A DNA stretch of 64,000 nt from Minisyncoccota bacterium (GTDB lineage: Bacteria; Patescibacteriota; Minisyncoccia; Phycocordibacterales; JAQTLZ01). Shown one piece after another: positions 36,572 to 46,633 of this stretch. Made by a program: the position numbers and the translations under genes. The notes below the pieces were generated by a model. That model was given only the letters and a program-made list of their open reading frames with translations, had not been told where the DNA came from and made no database searches. Positions within the stretch are counted from its first letter, which is position 1, and each line of letters begins with the position of its first letter. Location: the NCBI GenBank assembly GCA_028711065.1, contig JAQTSY010000006.1, positions 213-64,212 of the forward strand, read 5' to 3'.

Positions 36572-38740
36572 CTATTTCTGCAGTTTGTGCGGATTATGAT
36601 TTGGACAACCTTTGTTTGAGCAACGTTCCGGGATGGTTTTGGTGCCAAGCATCATCAGAGACTGGCACATTGGGCAGATGTTTCCTGTAGGTTTGGATTT
36701 GATGATGTGTTTGCATTTCGGATAATTGGAACAGCTGTAGAAGAGTCCGAATCGTCCCTTTCTTTCCGTCATCATTCCTTCTTTGCAGATCGGGCACTGG
36801 ACTCCTGTTGAATTTTTACGCTCGAGTTCCGCATCTTTTTTTATATATTTACATTTTGGATAGTTGGCGCAGGAAATGAATTGGCCGAAGCGTCCTTCGC
36901 GAAGTACGAGTTTCCCTCCACAGTCTGGGCAAATTTCTCCAGTTTCTTTTGGTCCCTCAAGCTCCTTTCCTTCCATATTTCGCGCACCAAGACAATCTGG
37001 GAATTTTGAACAGCTCATAAACTTTCCGGTTTTGGAAAGTTTAATCACCATTGGCGATCCGCATTTTGGACATTTAAATTCTGCCGGTGCATCGCCGAGA
37101 TTGGTGACTTTATCGAGTTTGTCTTTTGATTTCAGCTCTTTCAGGAATGGTTTGTAGAAATCGGTGAGCGTTTTCAAATAAGTGGTTTTTCCTTCTGCGA
37201 TAAGGTCGAGCTTGTCTTCCATTTCCGCGGTGAAAGTGTCGCTTATATAGTCTTTAAAATTTTCTTCAAGGAAACTTGAAACAACGTCTCCGGTATCCGT
37301 AGGGCACAGCGCTTTTTGAATTTTTTCCACATATCCTCGATCTTCGAGAGTCTTAATAATTGCAGCGTAGGTCGAAGGGCGTCCGATGCCTCGTTTTTCG
37401 AGCTCTTTCACAAGTCCTGCTTCTGAATATCGTGGAGGCGGTTCGGTCTGCTTCTCCTCTGTATGCATTTCTTTCAAATCCAAAATATCTCCAGCAACTA
37501 CTTTCTGGACTTCAACATCCTCGCCTCGAGCTGCTGGATCGGCAAGAAGCCATCCGGGAGAAAGCACTCGGCTTCCGTTTGTCGCGAAATCTGGGATTTT
37601 CCCGTCGCCAACTTTCACCGTGATTTTTGTTCGCAAAATTTTCGCATCAGCCATTTGCGAAGAAACCGCTCGTCTCCAAATGAGTCGGTAAAGCTTTTGC
37701 TGTTCATCATTGAGTCCCGCAGATTCTTTCTCAAAATGAGACGGGCGAATCGCTTCGTGAGCTTCCTGTGCGTTTTTGCTTTTCTTGCTATAAGTGTGGG
37801 GGACAAAAAGTTCTTTTCCCCATTTTTTTGTAATTTCTTTCTGGATTCCATCAAGCGCGGTGACACTCAAGTTTGTCGAGTCCGTACGCATGTAGGTAAT
37901 GTGCCCGGCTTCGTAGAGTCTTTGAGCAACCTGCATTGTGCGGGAAGGAGAAAAACCGAGTCGAGAAGACGCAGACTGCTGAAGCGTAGAAGTAATGAAT
38001 GGAGCGCGAGGAGAACGCTTTGCTTCCGTTTCAGCGACACTTTCCACTACCCATTTTTCTTTCTTTCCAACTTCGAGAATTCTATCGACTTCTTTTTTAT
38101 CCGTCGGCTCCTCTACGCAAGTAAGCGGAAGCTTATCTTTTTTCGCAGTTTCAGTGTCCGCCGTAATTATCCAAAAGGTATGTGATTTGAAAGCGCGAAT
38201 TTCCCGCTCGCGTTCCATAATAATGCGAAGCGCGGGGGACTGCACTCGTCCAGCAGAAAGTCCGTAGCGCACCTTTTTCCAAATAATTCCAGAGAGGTCA
38301 TAGCCTACAAGCCGGTCGAGTACGCGCCGAGCTTCTTGCGCTTCTTTGAGGTTTTCATCTATATCTCGCGGGTGGGCGATGGCGTCTTTAATAGCGTCTT
38401 CGGTGATTTCGTGATACACGACGCGCTTGGTCTTTCCTTTCTTTAATCCTGTCGCCTCTACTATATGCCACGCAATAGCTTCTCCTTCTCTGTCGGGGTC
38501 GGTTGCGAGAATGACTTCGGTCGCTTTTTTCGCAAGTGATTTCAGTTCTTCAACAATTTTTTCTTTGCCTTTTGAAATTTCGTAATGCGGAACAAAACCG
38601 CCTTCAATGTCGACGGCTTTTTTATTTGATTTTGGAAGATCGCGGACGTGGCCGACAGATGCCTTAACGGTGTATCCGTCTCCCAAATATTTTCCGATTG
38701 TTTTCGCTTTTGCAGGCGACTCAACGATGAATAATTTCAT
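36572..38740 (-). CDS. topA: DNA topoisomerase I with three C-terminal Zn ribbons
   Basis: IVESPAKAKTI, ATDPDREGE, SAGRVQS, ITYMRTD, AHEAIRP, GIGRPST; ATG 38740. Confidence 0.97.
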   Translation of the reverse strand: MKLFIVESPAKAKTIGKYLGDGYTVKASVGHVRDLPKSNKKAVDIEGGFVPHYEISKGKEKIVEELKSLAKKATEVILATDPDREGEAIAWHIVEATGLKKGKTKRVVYHEITEDAIKDAIAHPRDIDENLKEAQEARRVLDRLVGYDLSGIIWKKVRYGLSAGRVQSPALRIIMEREREIRAFKSHTFWIITADTETAKKDKLPLTCVEEPTDKKEVDRILEVGKKEKWVVESVAETEAKRSPRAPFITSTLQQSASSRLGFSPSRTMQVAQRLYEAGHITYMRTDSTNLSVTALDGIQKEITKKWGKELFVPHTYSKKSKNAQEAHEAIRPSHFEKESAGLNDEQQKLYRLIWRRAVSSQMADAKILRTKITVKVGDGKIPDFATNGSRVLSPGWLLADPAARGEDVEVQKVVAGDILDLKEMHTEEKQTEPPPRYSEAGLVKELEKRGIGRPSTYAAIIKTLEDRGYVEKIQKALCPTDTGDVVSSFLEENFKDYISDTFTAEMEDKLDLIAEGKTTYLKTLTDFYKPFLKELKSKDKLDKVTNLGDAPAEFKCPKCGSPMVIKLSKTGKFMSCSKFPDCLGARNMEGKELEGPKETGEICPDCGGKLVLREGRFGQFISCANYPKCKYIKKDAELERKNSTGVQCPICKEGMMTERKGRFGLFYSCSNYPKCKHIIKSKPTGNICPMCQSLMMLGTKTIPERCSNKGCPNHNPHKLQK

Positions 38741-38856
38741 AGTGATGTTCCCCAGTATTACACGAAAGAGAAAATTTTTGCAAACTGTGTATAAGACTTT
38801 GTAATAAAAACCGGCGCTCGCTTTCGCGTGCGCCGTATTGCTAATGCTTCCCCCCG

Positions 38857-39393
38857 CTACTTCTTCCATGCGAAGTAAAGCATTTTCCCGTCGTGGTCCC
38901 TGACGCTGTAATCGTCGGGGATTTCGTCGCCCGAAGTCTCGATCGAGAAATCATGATATTCAAACAAGGACAGCAAGCCGGGGCATGACTTGCTCGACTT
39001 GAAAGTGCGAGAGACGTCGAGAGTGATCAAAGTCTTGCCCTTGAGAATTGGCAATTCTTCTCCTCGCTCTCTTTCGGCGGCAAGACGCGGATCTTCTCCC
39101 GTCTTCATTTTACCTCCTGGCGGCTGGTTGCGCTCCAAGCGATTGCCGCCCGGCTCGATCTGGTGGCTTTCAAACAAGGTACCTTTTTCCGGGTGAACGA
39201 TAATGAATCGCACCAACCGGACTATCTGATACCACCCATGTTCGGCGTCCCAGCCGAGTTCTCTTTCTCCACTCGCAAAATCCTTGGCGAGCTGGGAGAG
39301 TGTCCTTGTACCGGGGACTCCCCATTGATCGACAGGGATGCCACCCTCCCGAAAGATTATCCGAAGGGTTTCTTCAGAGATAACAAAGGCCAT
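38857..39393 (-). CDS. NUDIX-fold protein (solo accessory gene)
   Basis: Nudix box GKMKTGEDPRLAAERERGEE; AAGGAGG RBS; TTGACG promoter directly after the dprA stop. Confidence 0.7.
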   Translation of the reverse strand: MAFVISEETLRIIFREGGIPVDQWGVPGTRTLSQLAKDFASGERELGWDAEHGWYQIVRLVRFIIVHPEKGTLFESHQIEPGGNRLERNQPPGGKMKTGEDPRLAAERERGEELPILKGKTLITLDVSRTFKSSKSCPGLLSLFEYHDFSIETSGDEIPDDYSVRDHDGKMLYFAWKK

Positions 39394-39479
39394 GCGGCCC
39401 TCCTTTCATCGAATGTTCGGGTTAACTTGGTTTATGCCTGTTCTAATCGAACAATAGTACGAGTTTTGAATTTCGTCAA

Positions 39480-40346
39480 CTAGCACCTTCTGACTTCTCC
39501 TAAGCTTTCTTTTATCATTCCTTTTATCTCCATTCCTGATAGTAAAACGTTCATCTCCGATGTGTTTTTCCCGCAAGTGCGGATAAGTTCGTCTCTTGTC
39601 ATTGGTTCTGTAAGAAAATTCAAAATAATCTGCTCTTCTGGCGAAGCGTCTGCGAAAAGTGTTTGAGTTTTCGTTTCCTCGTCTTGTTCAAAGCCAAGCG
39701 CCCAAAGAAGTTCCTCACATGTTGTAATTGGCGTTGCTCCAAGCCGAAGAAGCATGTGCGGGCCTTCGGAAGTTTTGGAAAAAATGGAGCCGGGGATAGT
39801 CAGGACGTCTCTATTATATTCAGTCGCGAATTTAGAAGTGATAAGTGTACCCGAGCGAATTTCTGCTTCCACCACAAGAGTTGCGTGAGTCATTCCCGCC
39901 ATGATTCTGTTTCTTTGCGGGAAACTATAGTTGGTCGCATGAAATTCTAGTTCGAATTCGGAGAGAAGGGCTCCGCCAGATTCTACGATCTTCCGAGCAA
40001 GCTCTCGGTGACTTGAAGGATACAAAACTTTCTCTGAAAGCCCGGAGCCGGGGATTGCAATAGTTTTCAACCCAGCATCCAGCGCTGCTCGGTGGGCAAT
40101 AGAGTCAATTCCAAGAGCAAGCCCAGAAACAATCACGATAGGGTATCCACGAAGGCCAGCAATTAATTTCTCGCAAGCCTCTTTTCCGTAACTTGTGTAT
40201 TTTCGTGCACCCACAACAGCGAGGAACATATTTTCTTTCCAATCGGGTAGGACACCCTTCACATAAAGCTTTTTTGGCGGGTCATTAATCTCACGAAGGA
40301 GAGGAGGAAAATCTTTCGGACCGATTTTTTGAATCTTGTTATCCAT
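39480..40346 (-). CDS. dprA: DNA-processing protein DprA
   Basis: AVVGAR, VSGLALGID, FPQRNRI, SGTLIT, PGSI; C-terminal wHTH. Confidence 0.95.
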   Translation of the reverse strand: MDNKIQKIGPKDFPPLLREINDPPKKLYVKGVLPDWKENMFLAVVGARKYTSYGKEACEKLIAGLRGYPIVIVSGLALGIDSIAHRAALDAGLKTIAIPGSGLSEKVLYPSSHRELARKIVESGGALLSEFELEFHATNYSFPQRNRIMAGMTHATLVVEAEIRSGTLITSKFATEYNRDVLTIPGSIFSKTSEGPHMLLRLGATPITTCEELLWALGFEQDEETKTQTLFADASPEEQIILNFLTEPMTRDELIRTCGKNTSEMNVLLSGMEIKGMIKESLGEVRRC

Positions 40347-40385
40347 CTTTTTTTATTGCACTATCTATTATATACTGTTGTAACT

Positions 40386-41654
40386 ATGCTCGATATCAAG
40401 TTTATCCGCGAGAACAAAGACCTCATCGCTCTTGCCGCAAAAAAGAAATTTGTGGCTTTTGATGTTGAAGAGCTTCTTGCTACTGACGATCTTCGGAAGA
40501 TGAAACTGCAATCAGTGGAGAAGAAACGCACTGAACAGAATGTCGTGAGTGATAAAGTGGCGAGCGCAAAGGACCCAGCGGAGCGAGACGCAATGATTTT
40601 TGAAATGCGGAAGTTTAAGGCAGACATGAATAAAGAGGAAACCGAGCTCGAGGAAATAATGAAAAAATGGCGCTCGCTCATGCTTCTTGTGCCAAACATT
40701 CCGGATATGACCGTGCCGGATGGCGAGAGCGATGCGGGCAATATGGAAGTTAAAAAATGGGGCTCTTTGCCTGAATTTGATTTCACGCCGAAAAACCATA
40801 TTGAGCTTATGGAAAATCTCGGAATGGTGGATTTGGTCCGCGGAGCGAAAGTCGCCGGCTTTCGAGGGTATTTTTTGAAAGACGCGGGAGTGAAGCTTTC
40901 TTTTGCAATCTGGAATTACGCGCTCGATTTCTTCTCTAAAAAAGGATTTTCACCGATGATCGTGCCCTCACTTGTTCGAAGAGAAAATTTGCTCGGCACC
41001 GGATTTCTCCCACAAGGCGAAGAAGATTTGTATAAAACACAAGACGGAGATTTTCTTGCTGGAACAGGAGAAGTGGCGACGATGGGATACCACAGCGATG
41101 AAATCCTGCCAATGGAAGATTTGCCAAAAAAGTTTTTGGCTTTTTCACCGTGTTTTCGCAGAGAGGCGGGAAGCCACAGCAAAGATGTGAAAGGACTTAT
41201 CCGCGTTCATGAATTTTATAAATTTGAGCAGGTGATTCTTTGTGAAGCGAGCCATGAGACATCGGTACGATTTCACGAAGAGCTTACTCGAAACACCGAA
41301 GAATTCATCGAGTCCCTCGGCATTCCATATCACAGAGTAATAAATTGCGGAGGGGATTTGGGGCTAGGACAAGTGAAAAAGTATGACCTTGAGCTCTGGG
41401 TTCCGCTCGAAAAGAAATATCGTGAAATCGCTTCCGCTTCCTACTTTCATGATTTCCAGACTCGCCGACTCAATATCCGCTACAAAGATACAGACGGAAA
41501 AATGAAATTTGCCCACTCGCTCAACAACACCGCGATTCCCACTCCACGCATTCTTGTTTCGCTCGTCGAAAATTTCCAGCAAGGAGATGGTTCCATTGCA
41601 ATTCCTGAAGTCCTCCAGCCTTATTTTGGAAGCGATACAATTTCAAAAAAGTAA
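40386..41654 (+). CDS. serS: Serine--tRNA ligase
   Basis: MLDIKFIREN, GTGEV, FRREAGS, GLIRVHEF, HSLNNT; ATG 40386. Confidence 0.97.
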   Translation: MLDIKFIRENKDLIALAAKKKFVAFDVEELLATDDLRKMKLQSVEKKRTEQNVVSDKVASAKDPAERDAMIFEMRKFKADMNKEETELEEIMKKWRSLMLLVPNIPDMTVPDGESDAGNMEVKKWGSLPEFDFTPKNHIELMENLGMVDLVRGAKVAGFRGYFLKDAGVKLSFAIWNYALDFFSKKGFSPMIVPSLVRRENLLGTGFLPQGEEDLYKTQDGDFLAGTGEVATMGYHSDEILPMEDLPKKFLAFSPCFRREAGSHSKDVKGLIRVHEFYKFEQVILCEASHETSVRFHEELTRNTEEFIESLGIPYHRVINCGGDLGLGQVKKYDLELWVPLEKKYREIASASYFHDFQTRRLNIRYKDTDGKMKFAHSLNNTAIPTPRILVSLVENFQQGDGSIAIPEVLQPYFGSDTISKK

Positions 41655-41665
41655 GTATTAAGTCG

Positions 41666-41789
41666 ATAGGATTTAGGCATTTGATGCAGTTCTAGGCGAA
41701 ATCGAGGCTTTTTCTGAGACGTACTTACTGGTACGGCGAAGAAAAAAAGAGGATTTTAACGACGAAATGCGCAAATGCGTAAGTCCTAT
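41666..41789 (+). repeat. RPE-like palindromic element after serS
   Basis: Outer IR ATAGGATTTAGGCATTTG / CAAATGCGTAAGTCCTAT; apical CGTAC-TTACTG-GTACG. Confidence 0.75.
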
Positions 41790-42627
41790 GCACAGCAGAA
41801 AATCAATTTTAAAACATTCTCGGGTTTATAACCGCAAGCGCAAGCGCCTAATCGGCAAGGCGGTTGCGATCATTTTCGCTGTGGTAGTGATCCTCTTTTC
41901 TCTCTCTTTCGTATCCGGCATTTCTGCTACGACGATTCATACTGTCCAGGTTGTGGGAGCTGACAGCACAGACGCTCCTCTCATTGAAAAGGTGGCTCGG
42001 GGCGAGCTCGAGGGCAAATATTTTCATTTTATTTCTCGGGCGAATAGCCTTTTCTTCCCAAAACAAAAAATTGAGAATGATATTCTGAACACTTTCCCTT
42101 CGGTGGAAAGCGTCAAAGTCACACGAGCTGATGTACACACTCTTCTCGTAAAGATTACGGAGCGCGAGCCCTTCGCTTTTTGGTGTACGGGCAAGGTAAC
42201 CTCTCTTCCACCCCAAAATGCAAAGTGTTATCTTCTTGATAAAGATGGGCTGATTTTTGCGAAAGCGAGCGACCCCCTACCGCCGAATCTTTTGACCTAT
42301 TCCGGCGCAGTTGAAAAACAAACTGATCCGATTGGAGAGCATTTTTTAACTTCTGACGATCTTCACAATCTCTCCGCTTTTCTCGAATTTCTTGGAGCTC
42401 TCCACCTCACACCTCTTTTTATAGTTGCTGACTCCAGTGGGGAATTGGAGGTATATATTGAAGGAGGACATAAACTTCTTTTGCGCACCGGTATGCCGTA
42501 TGATACGGCTCTTCAGAATCTTGAATCGCTTTTTAATGATTCAACGCTTGATTGGGGCGAAAAGGGAATTCCTGCGTCGTTGGAATATATTGATCTACGA
42601 TTTGATAATAAGGTTTTCTATAAATAA
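41788..42627 (+). CDS. FtsQ/DivIB-like cell division protein (TM plus POTRA)
   Basis: Basic N-terminus, TM, POTRA-like FPSVESVKV..VKITERE, C-terminal YIDLRFDNKVFY. Confidence 0.8.
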   Translation: MHSRKSILKHSRVYNRKRKRLIGKAVAIIFAVVVILFSLSFVSGISATTIHTVQVVGADSTDAPLIEKVARGELEGKYFHFISRANSLFFPKQKIENDILNTFPSVESVKVTRADVHTLLVKITEREPFAFWCTGKVTSLPPQNAKCYLLDKDGLIFAKASDPLPPNLLTYSGAVEKQTDPIGEHFLTSDDLHNLSAFLEFLGALHLTPLFIVADSSGELEVYIEGGHKLLLRTGMPYDTALQNLESLFNDSTLDWGEKGIPASLEYIDLRFDNKVFYK

Positions 42628-42700
42628 GGATTAATATTGGGGCAATAAAAAACCGCGCTTTCTATTTCTCGCGCGGAAATACAACTTCGACTTCCTGTTA

Positions 42701-42988
42701 CTACTCTTGGCCTGCGCAACTGCACTTGGTCATTTGATTGCGGGTTCCGACGGCGGCCCGAACCTCGGCAATCAGATTCCCAATTGTTCCAGCGAAGAAA
42801 GCGGCTGTGCCACTTACCTTTACTCCTTCGCATTTTTCCCAGATCCGCCCGATGATCTCGTAACGCTGTGCGGTCGTCATATTAAGACCCGAAAGCGTTG
42901 AGTCCAGTTTGACTTGCCCGACCGGAATTTTAAGAACACCGGCAACAATCTTACAGATTTCTTCATTACTGACAGTGACTTGTTCCAT
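42701..42988 (-). CDS. Acyl-carrier-protein-like small protein lacking the DSL serine
   Basis: ICKIVAGVLKIP..QVKLDSTLSGLNM...TIGNLI; GGAGG RBS; TTGACA promoter. Confidence 0.5.
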   Translation of the reverse strand: MEQVTVSNEEICKIVAGVLKIPVGQVKLDSTLSGLNMTTAQRYEIIGRIWEKCEGVKVSGTAAFFAGTIGNLIAEVRAAVGTRNQMTKCSCAGQE

Positions 42989-43151
42989 GGTACCTCCGGG
43001 GTTGACTGTTTACTCCAAGTGCAGACAGGAAATCCTGACTATCACTAAACACTGGATGGATATTTTATATGGGAACTAGGCTTTGTCAATGTTTCAATCT
43101 TTCCCACAGGTCTTGGTTTTCCGGCCTCTTATTCGCTTGTATACTATATAT

Positions 43152-43547
43152 ATGGAAATTGCTCTCTTCTTTGAACATTATTTTACTTGGCACTACTCGC
43201 GGGCAATAAAAGCTATCATCGGTATCGCTCACAATTTCATCTGGTTTCTGTATCATTTTTTTTCGGTTCCGATACTCCTCAAAACTTTTTTCTCGCCATG
43301 GAGACGGCTTAATGAAGAATATAGGGGAGGATTTAATGTAGAAGCAATTTTTTCTTCTTTTGTCGTAAATACTATGATGCGAATTGTGGGCGTGCTTATC
43401 CGCGCAATGACTCTTGTTGTAGCTTTTTTTGTTCTTTGCGTTTCAATCCTTCTCTCGGCTGCTTTTTTGGTCGTCTGGTGTCTTCTTCCGCTCTTAGTCA
43501 CACTCCTTGTTTATCAAGGTTTTCATGAGTTATTCACAACAGTATGA
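43152..43547 (+). CDS. Small membrane protein coupled to the Clp-like ATPase
   Basis: WHYS...FFSVP.LLKTFFSPWRR plus two TM; ATGA overlap with the next gene. Confidence 0.75.
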   Translation: MEIALFFEHYFTWHYSRAIKAIIGIAHNFIWFLYHFFSVPILLKTFFSPWRRLNEEYRGGFNVEAIFSSFVVNTMMRIVGVLIRAMTLVVAFFVLCVSILLSAAFLVVWCLLPLLVTLLVYQGFHELFTTV

Positions 43548-45973
43548 CGTTTGAAGAATTAAAAAAAGCGACAAAGCCCTATAATCCGGTTCTTCTGCTT
43601 GAAGATATTATCTCTCGTCGCAAAAGAAAAATGCTTCGAGATGTGATCATCGGCATTGCGCTTCTTTCTTTTCTGCTTATACAAATTGGAACTTTAGTGC
43701 CATCGCACCTTGTTTACGGCGCCTGTTTCTTGCTTTTTGCGGCACTTATTCTTATCACCGTTGCAGATGCATTTTACTTCTCGTTTTATTTCTGGCACCT
43801 GGATCCGATCTTAAATGAAACTGCGCTTGAAGCGGGAAGTGAGATCATTACTCTTGAAGTAGCTTCCCTCGTCTATCACAGCTATCCAGATGATATAACC
43901 GCAGGATTTCTACGTTCAGAAATAGCTGAAATAATTCTTGTGCGATGCGGAATTAATCCGAGCGATGTAAAAACTTTTTTAGATGGACGAGAGACCCCGC
44001 TTTCTGCTGAAAATTTTGGTGATGTTGTTTGTATTGACGGTGAAGGAGGAATTTCTGTTACTGACTACGTTGCGCAGATTTTTAAACAAGACAAAGAATT
44101 TCAGGAATTTCTTTTCCAGCACCAAATCCAAGAAAAAGAATTCATCGGAGCAACGTCCTGGGTTGAGGATGCCCTTCGCGAGGAAAAATTGCGTCTTCGA
44201 TGGTGGGGAAAAGATCACCTTGCTCGCATTCAAGGAATTGGCAAGGATTGGGCGTATGGCAATGCTTACACCCTTCTCAAATATGCCACAGATATTACTG
44301 ATTCTGGTTTGGGCGAAGAGAGATCAAAGCACACTCTGCTTTCAGAGGTCGAAGAAATTGAAAAAATCCTCTGCCGTAACCGCAGTTCCAATGTTATCTT
44401 GGTGGGAGATGACGAGACGAGAAAAGACAAAATTCTCTCATCACTGGCGGGAAAAATTTCTCGAGGAGATGTTTTCGCTCCGCTTGAGCACAAAAGACTT
44501 TTTGTTTTGAACGCCTCGCTTTTGGTTGATCTTACGAAAGAAAAGGCTGCTTTTGAAGTTGAGCTTATTCAAATCCTCAATGAAGCAATAAAAGCGGGCA
44601 ACGTTATTCTCGTGTTCAAAGATTTTTCTACTCTTTTATCTGGTGCGAAGGCTCTCCATTCTGAAGTGCTTAGTCTTATGGAAACCTATTTTGCTTCTTC
44701 GCACCTTCAAATTATTGCTTTTTCAGGTACAGGTTCCTATCGCCAAGATATCGAGCCAAATGAGCTTGCGACTGAATATTTCGAAAAAGTAACGCTCGTC
44801 TCTGATAACGAAGGAAGCCTTTTGGACGCGCTTTGCCGCAGCGCGCTTTCTCTTGAGTACAAGTCAGGAGTTTTCTTTACCTATCCAGCGCTCGTCGCGG
44901 TCGCGCAAAGCGTCGCACGATATTATATGGATGCAAGTCCCCTTGATAAAGCGCTTGATATTCTTTTTGAATTAATTCCGTACGCGCATCAAAAGAAAAA
45001 AGGAGTTATTGGAAAAGAGGAAGTGCTGGCACTTTTAGGAACGAAAACAGGAATTCCGCTTGGAGAAGTAACTCCGAAAGAAAAAGGTGTGCTTGCGGAT
45101 TTGGAATCAGTGCTTCATAAAAGAATTGTCGGGCAAGATGAAGCTATCAAAGCGATTGCTTCGGCACTTCGACGAGCTCGCTCGGGAGTTGGAAGTAAAG
45201 ACAGGCCGATGGGCTCGTTTCTTTTCCTTGGTCCGACTGGAGTAGGAAAAACAGAAACCACAAAAGCGCTCGCAGCAACTTTCTTTGGTGATGAATCGAA
45301 AATTCTTCGGCTCGACATGTCTGAATATCGAACCGATGATGCGCTGGAGCGTCTTATCGGCTCATTTGAAGGTGGAAAGCCCGGAGTCTTGACCTCAATG
45401 CTTCGCGAGCATCCCTACGGCGTACTTTTACTCGATGAGTTTGAGAAAACCATGAAAGAAGTGCTCGACCTCTTTTTGCAGATTATTGATGAAGGAATAT
45501 TTTCGGACATGGCCGGGAAAAAAGTGAACGCGAGGAATCTTATCATCATTGCGACCTCGAATGCCGGAAGCGATATTATTTTCAAAACGGTAGAAAGTGG
45601 AAAAGATCTTCAGGCTGAAAAAAACAATCTTATCGATTCAATTATTGAGCAGGGAATTTTCAAGCCGGAACTTTTGAACCGTTTCGACGGGGTGATTCTC
45701 TTTAGGCCGTTGAATGACGAGGAGCTACGAAAAATTGCGACTCTTATGCTTACAAAACTTCAGGCGCGTCTCCGAGAGAAAGGAGTCGAGTTTGTGATTA
45801 ATGATGCGACTCTTGATGAAGTAGTAAAAGCTGGGACTGATCCAAAATTCGGCGCCCGCCCAATGAATCGCGCTGTGCAGGATAAAGTTGAACAGCTTGT
45901 GGCGGACAAAATGATTAGGGGCGAAATTTCCTCTGGCTCAAAAGTTGAACTTACTTCGGCAGACTTTGCTTGA
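43544..45973 (+). CDS. ClpA/B-like AAA+ ATPase with N-terminal TM helices and degenerate NBD1
   Basis: NBD2 GSFLFLGPTGVGKTE, RLDMSEY, LLLDEFEK, PELLNRFD, FGARP; NBD1 Walker A reads GDDETRKD. Confidence 0.88.
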   Translation: MTFEELKKATKPYNPVLLLEDIISRRKRKMLRDVIIGIALLSFLLIQIGTLVPSHLVYGACFLLFAALILITVADAFYFSFYFWHLDPILNETALEAGSEIITLEVASLVYHSYPDDITAGFLRSEIAEIILVRCGINPSDVKTFLDGRETPLSAENFGDVVCIDGEGGISVTDYVAQIFKQDKEFQEFLFQHQIQEKEFIGATSWVEDALREEKLRLRWWGKDHLARIQGIGKDWAYGNAYTLLKYATDITDSGLGEERSKHTLLSEVEEIEKILCRNRSSNVILVGDDETRKDKILSSLAGKISRGDVFAPLEHKRLFVLNASLLVDLTKEKAAFEVELIQILNEAIKAGNVILVFKDFSTLLSGAKALHSEVLSLMETYFASSHLQIIAFSGTGSYRQDIEPNELATEYFEKVTLVSDNEGSLLDALCRSALSLEYKSGVFFTYPALVAVAQSVARYYMDASPLDKALDILFELIPYAHQKKKGVIGKEEVLALLGTKTGIPLGEVTPKEKGVLADLESVLHKRIVGQDEAIKAIASALRRARSGVGSKDRPMGSFLFLGPTGVGKTETTKALAATFFGDESKILRLDMSEYRTDDALERLIGSFEGGKPGVLTSMLREHPYGVLLLDEFEKTMKEVLDLFLQIIDEGIFSDMAGKKVNARNLIIIATSNAGSDIIFKTVESGKDLQAEKNNLIDSIIEQGIFKPELLNRFDGVILFRPLNDEELRKIATLMLTKLQARLREKGVEFVINDATLDEVVKAGTDPKFGARPMNRAVQDKVEQLVADKMIRGEISSGSKVELTSADFA

Positions 45974-46523
45974 TGCTTCTCAAAACGCTTTCTATTTTGA
46001 TAAAGAGTTCCTCTCGAGTTCCGCTATTTTGAATGTGATAGTCAGCCTTAGCCATCGCCTTAGCCAGATTGTTTTTATTCGGGTCTTTTTGAGACATTTG
46101 GAATTCCTGTTCCTTCCTAAATTCCTCAAAACTTATTTGATCCTTTTCACCTCCTCTTTTCTTAATCCTCTCATAGCGCACTTCAAGCGGTGCATCTACA
46201 GCAAATTCAATCCCTCCGAGCGTGTGAATAAATGCAACTTCGGGAACGGTATGTTGCGGTTCGATGATAATATTTTCCTTTTTCACAATCGCATCCTTTG
46301 CAAGTTTGTACACTTCTTCCATAAGTTTTGTGGGGCCCTTCGCTCGAAATTCATTTGCGATAATTCGCCTGATGACCCGATCAGGCTTAAGTCCACGCTT
46401 TAGAGCTTCACCGGTAAGAAAAGTGTCAGAGACGCCAAAATGTTTGAATCCAAGTTTCCTCACAAGGTACTCCACGATAGTGCCTTTCCCGGCGCCAAGT
46501 GTTCCAGTAATTCCAATAATCAT
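45951..46523 (-). CDS. P-loop nucleotide kinase family protein (dephospho-CoA kinase/CMP kinase-like)
   Basis: IIGITGTLGAGKGT, DAPLEVRYERI..R, ADY.I.N. Confidence 0.8.
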   Translation of the reverse strand: MIIGITGTLGAGKGTIVEYLVRKLGFKHFGVSDTFLTGEALKRGLKPDRVIRRIIANEFRAKGPTKLMEEVYKLAKDAIVKKENIIIEPQHTVPEVAFIHTLGGIEFAVDAPLEVRYERIKKRGGEKDQISFEEFRKEQEFQMSQKDPNKNNLAKAMAKADYHIQNSGTREELFIKIESVLRSIKQSLPK

Positions 46524-46633
46524 CTCTCAATAGTAGGTCTTTTATGCAAAATTTCAAAATTAAAAAACCGGACGGAAGCTTGGAGCCTCGGTCCGGTGGT
46601 ATTCTTGTCGATGTTTGGGACTTGCTTGTCCCC

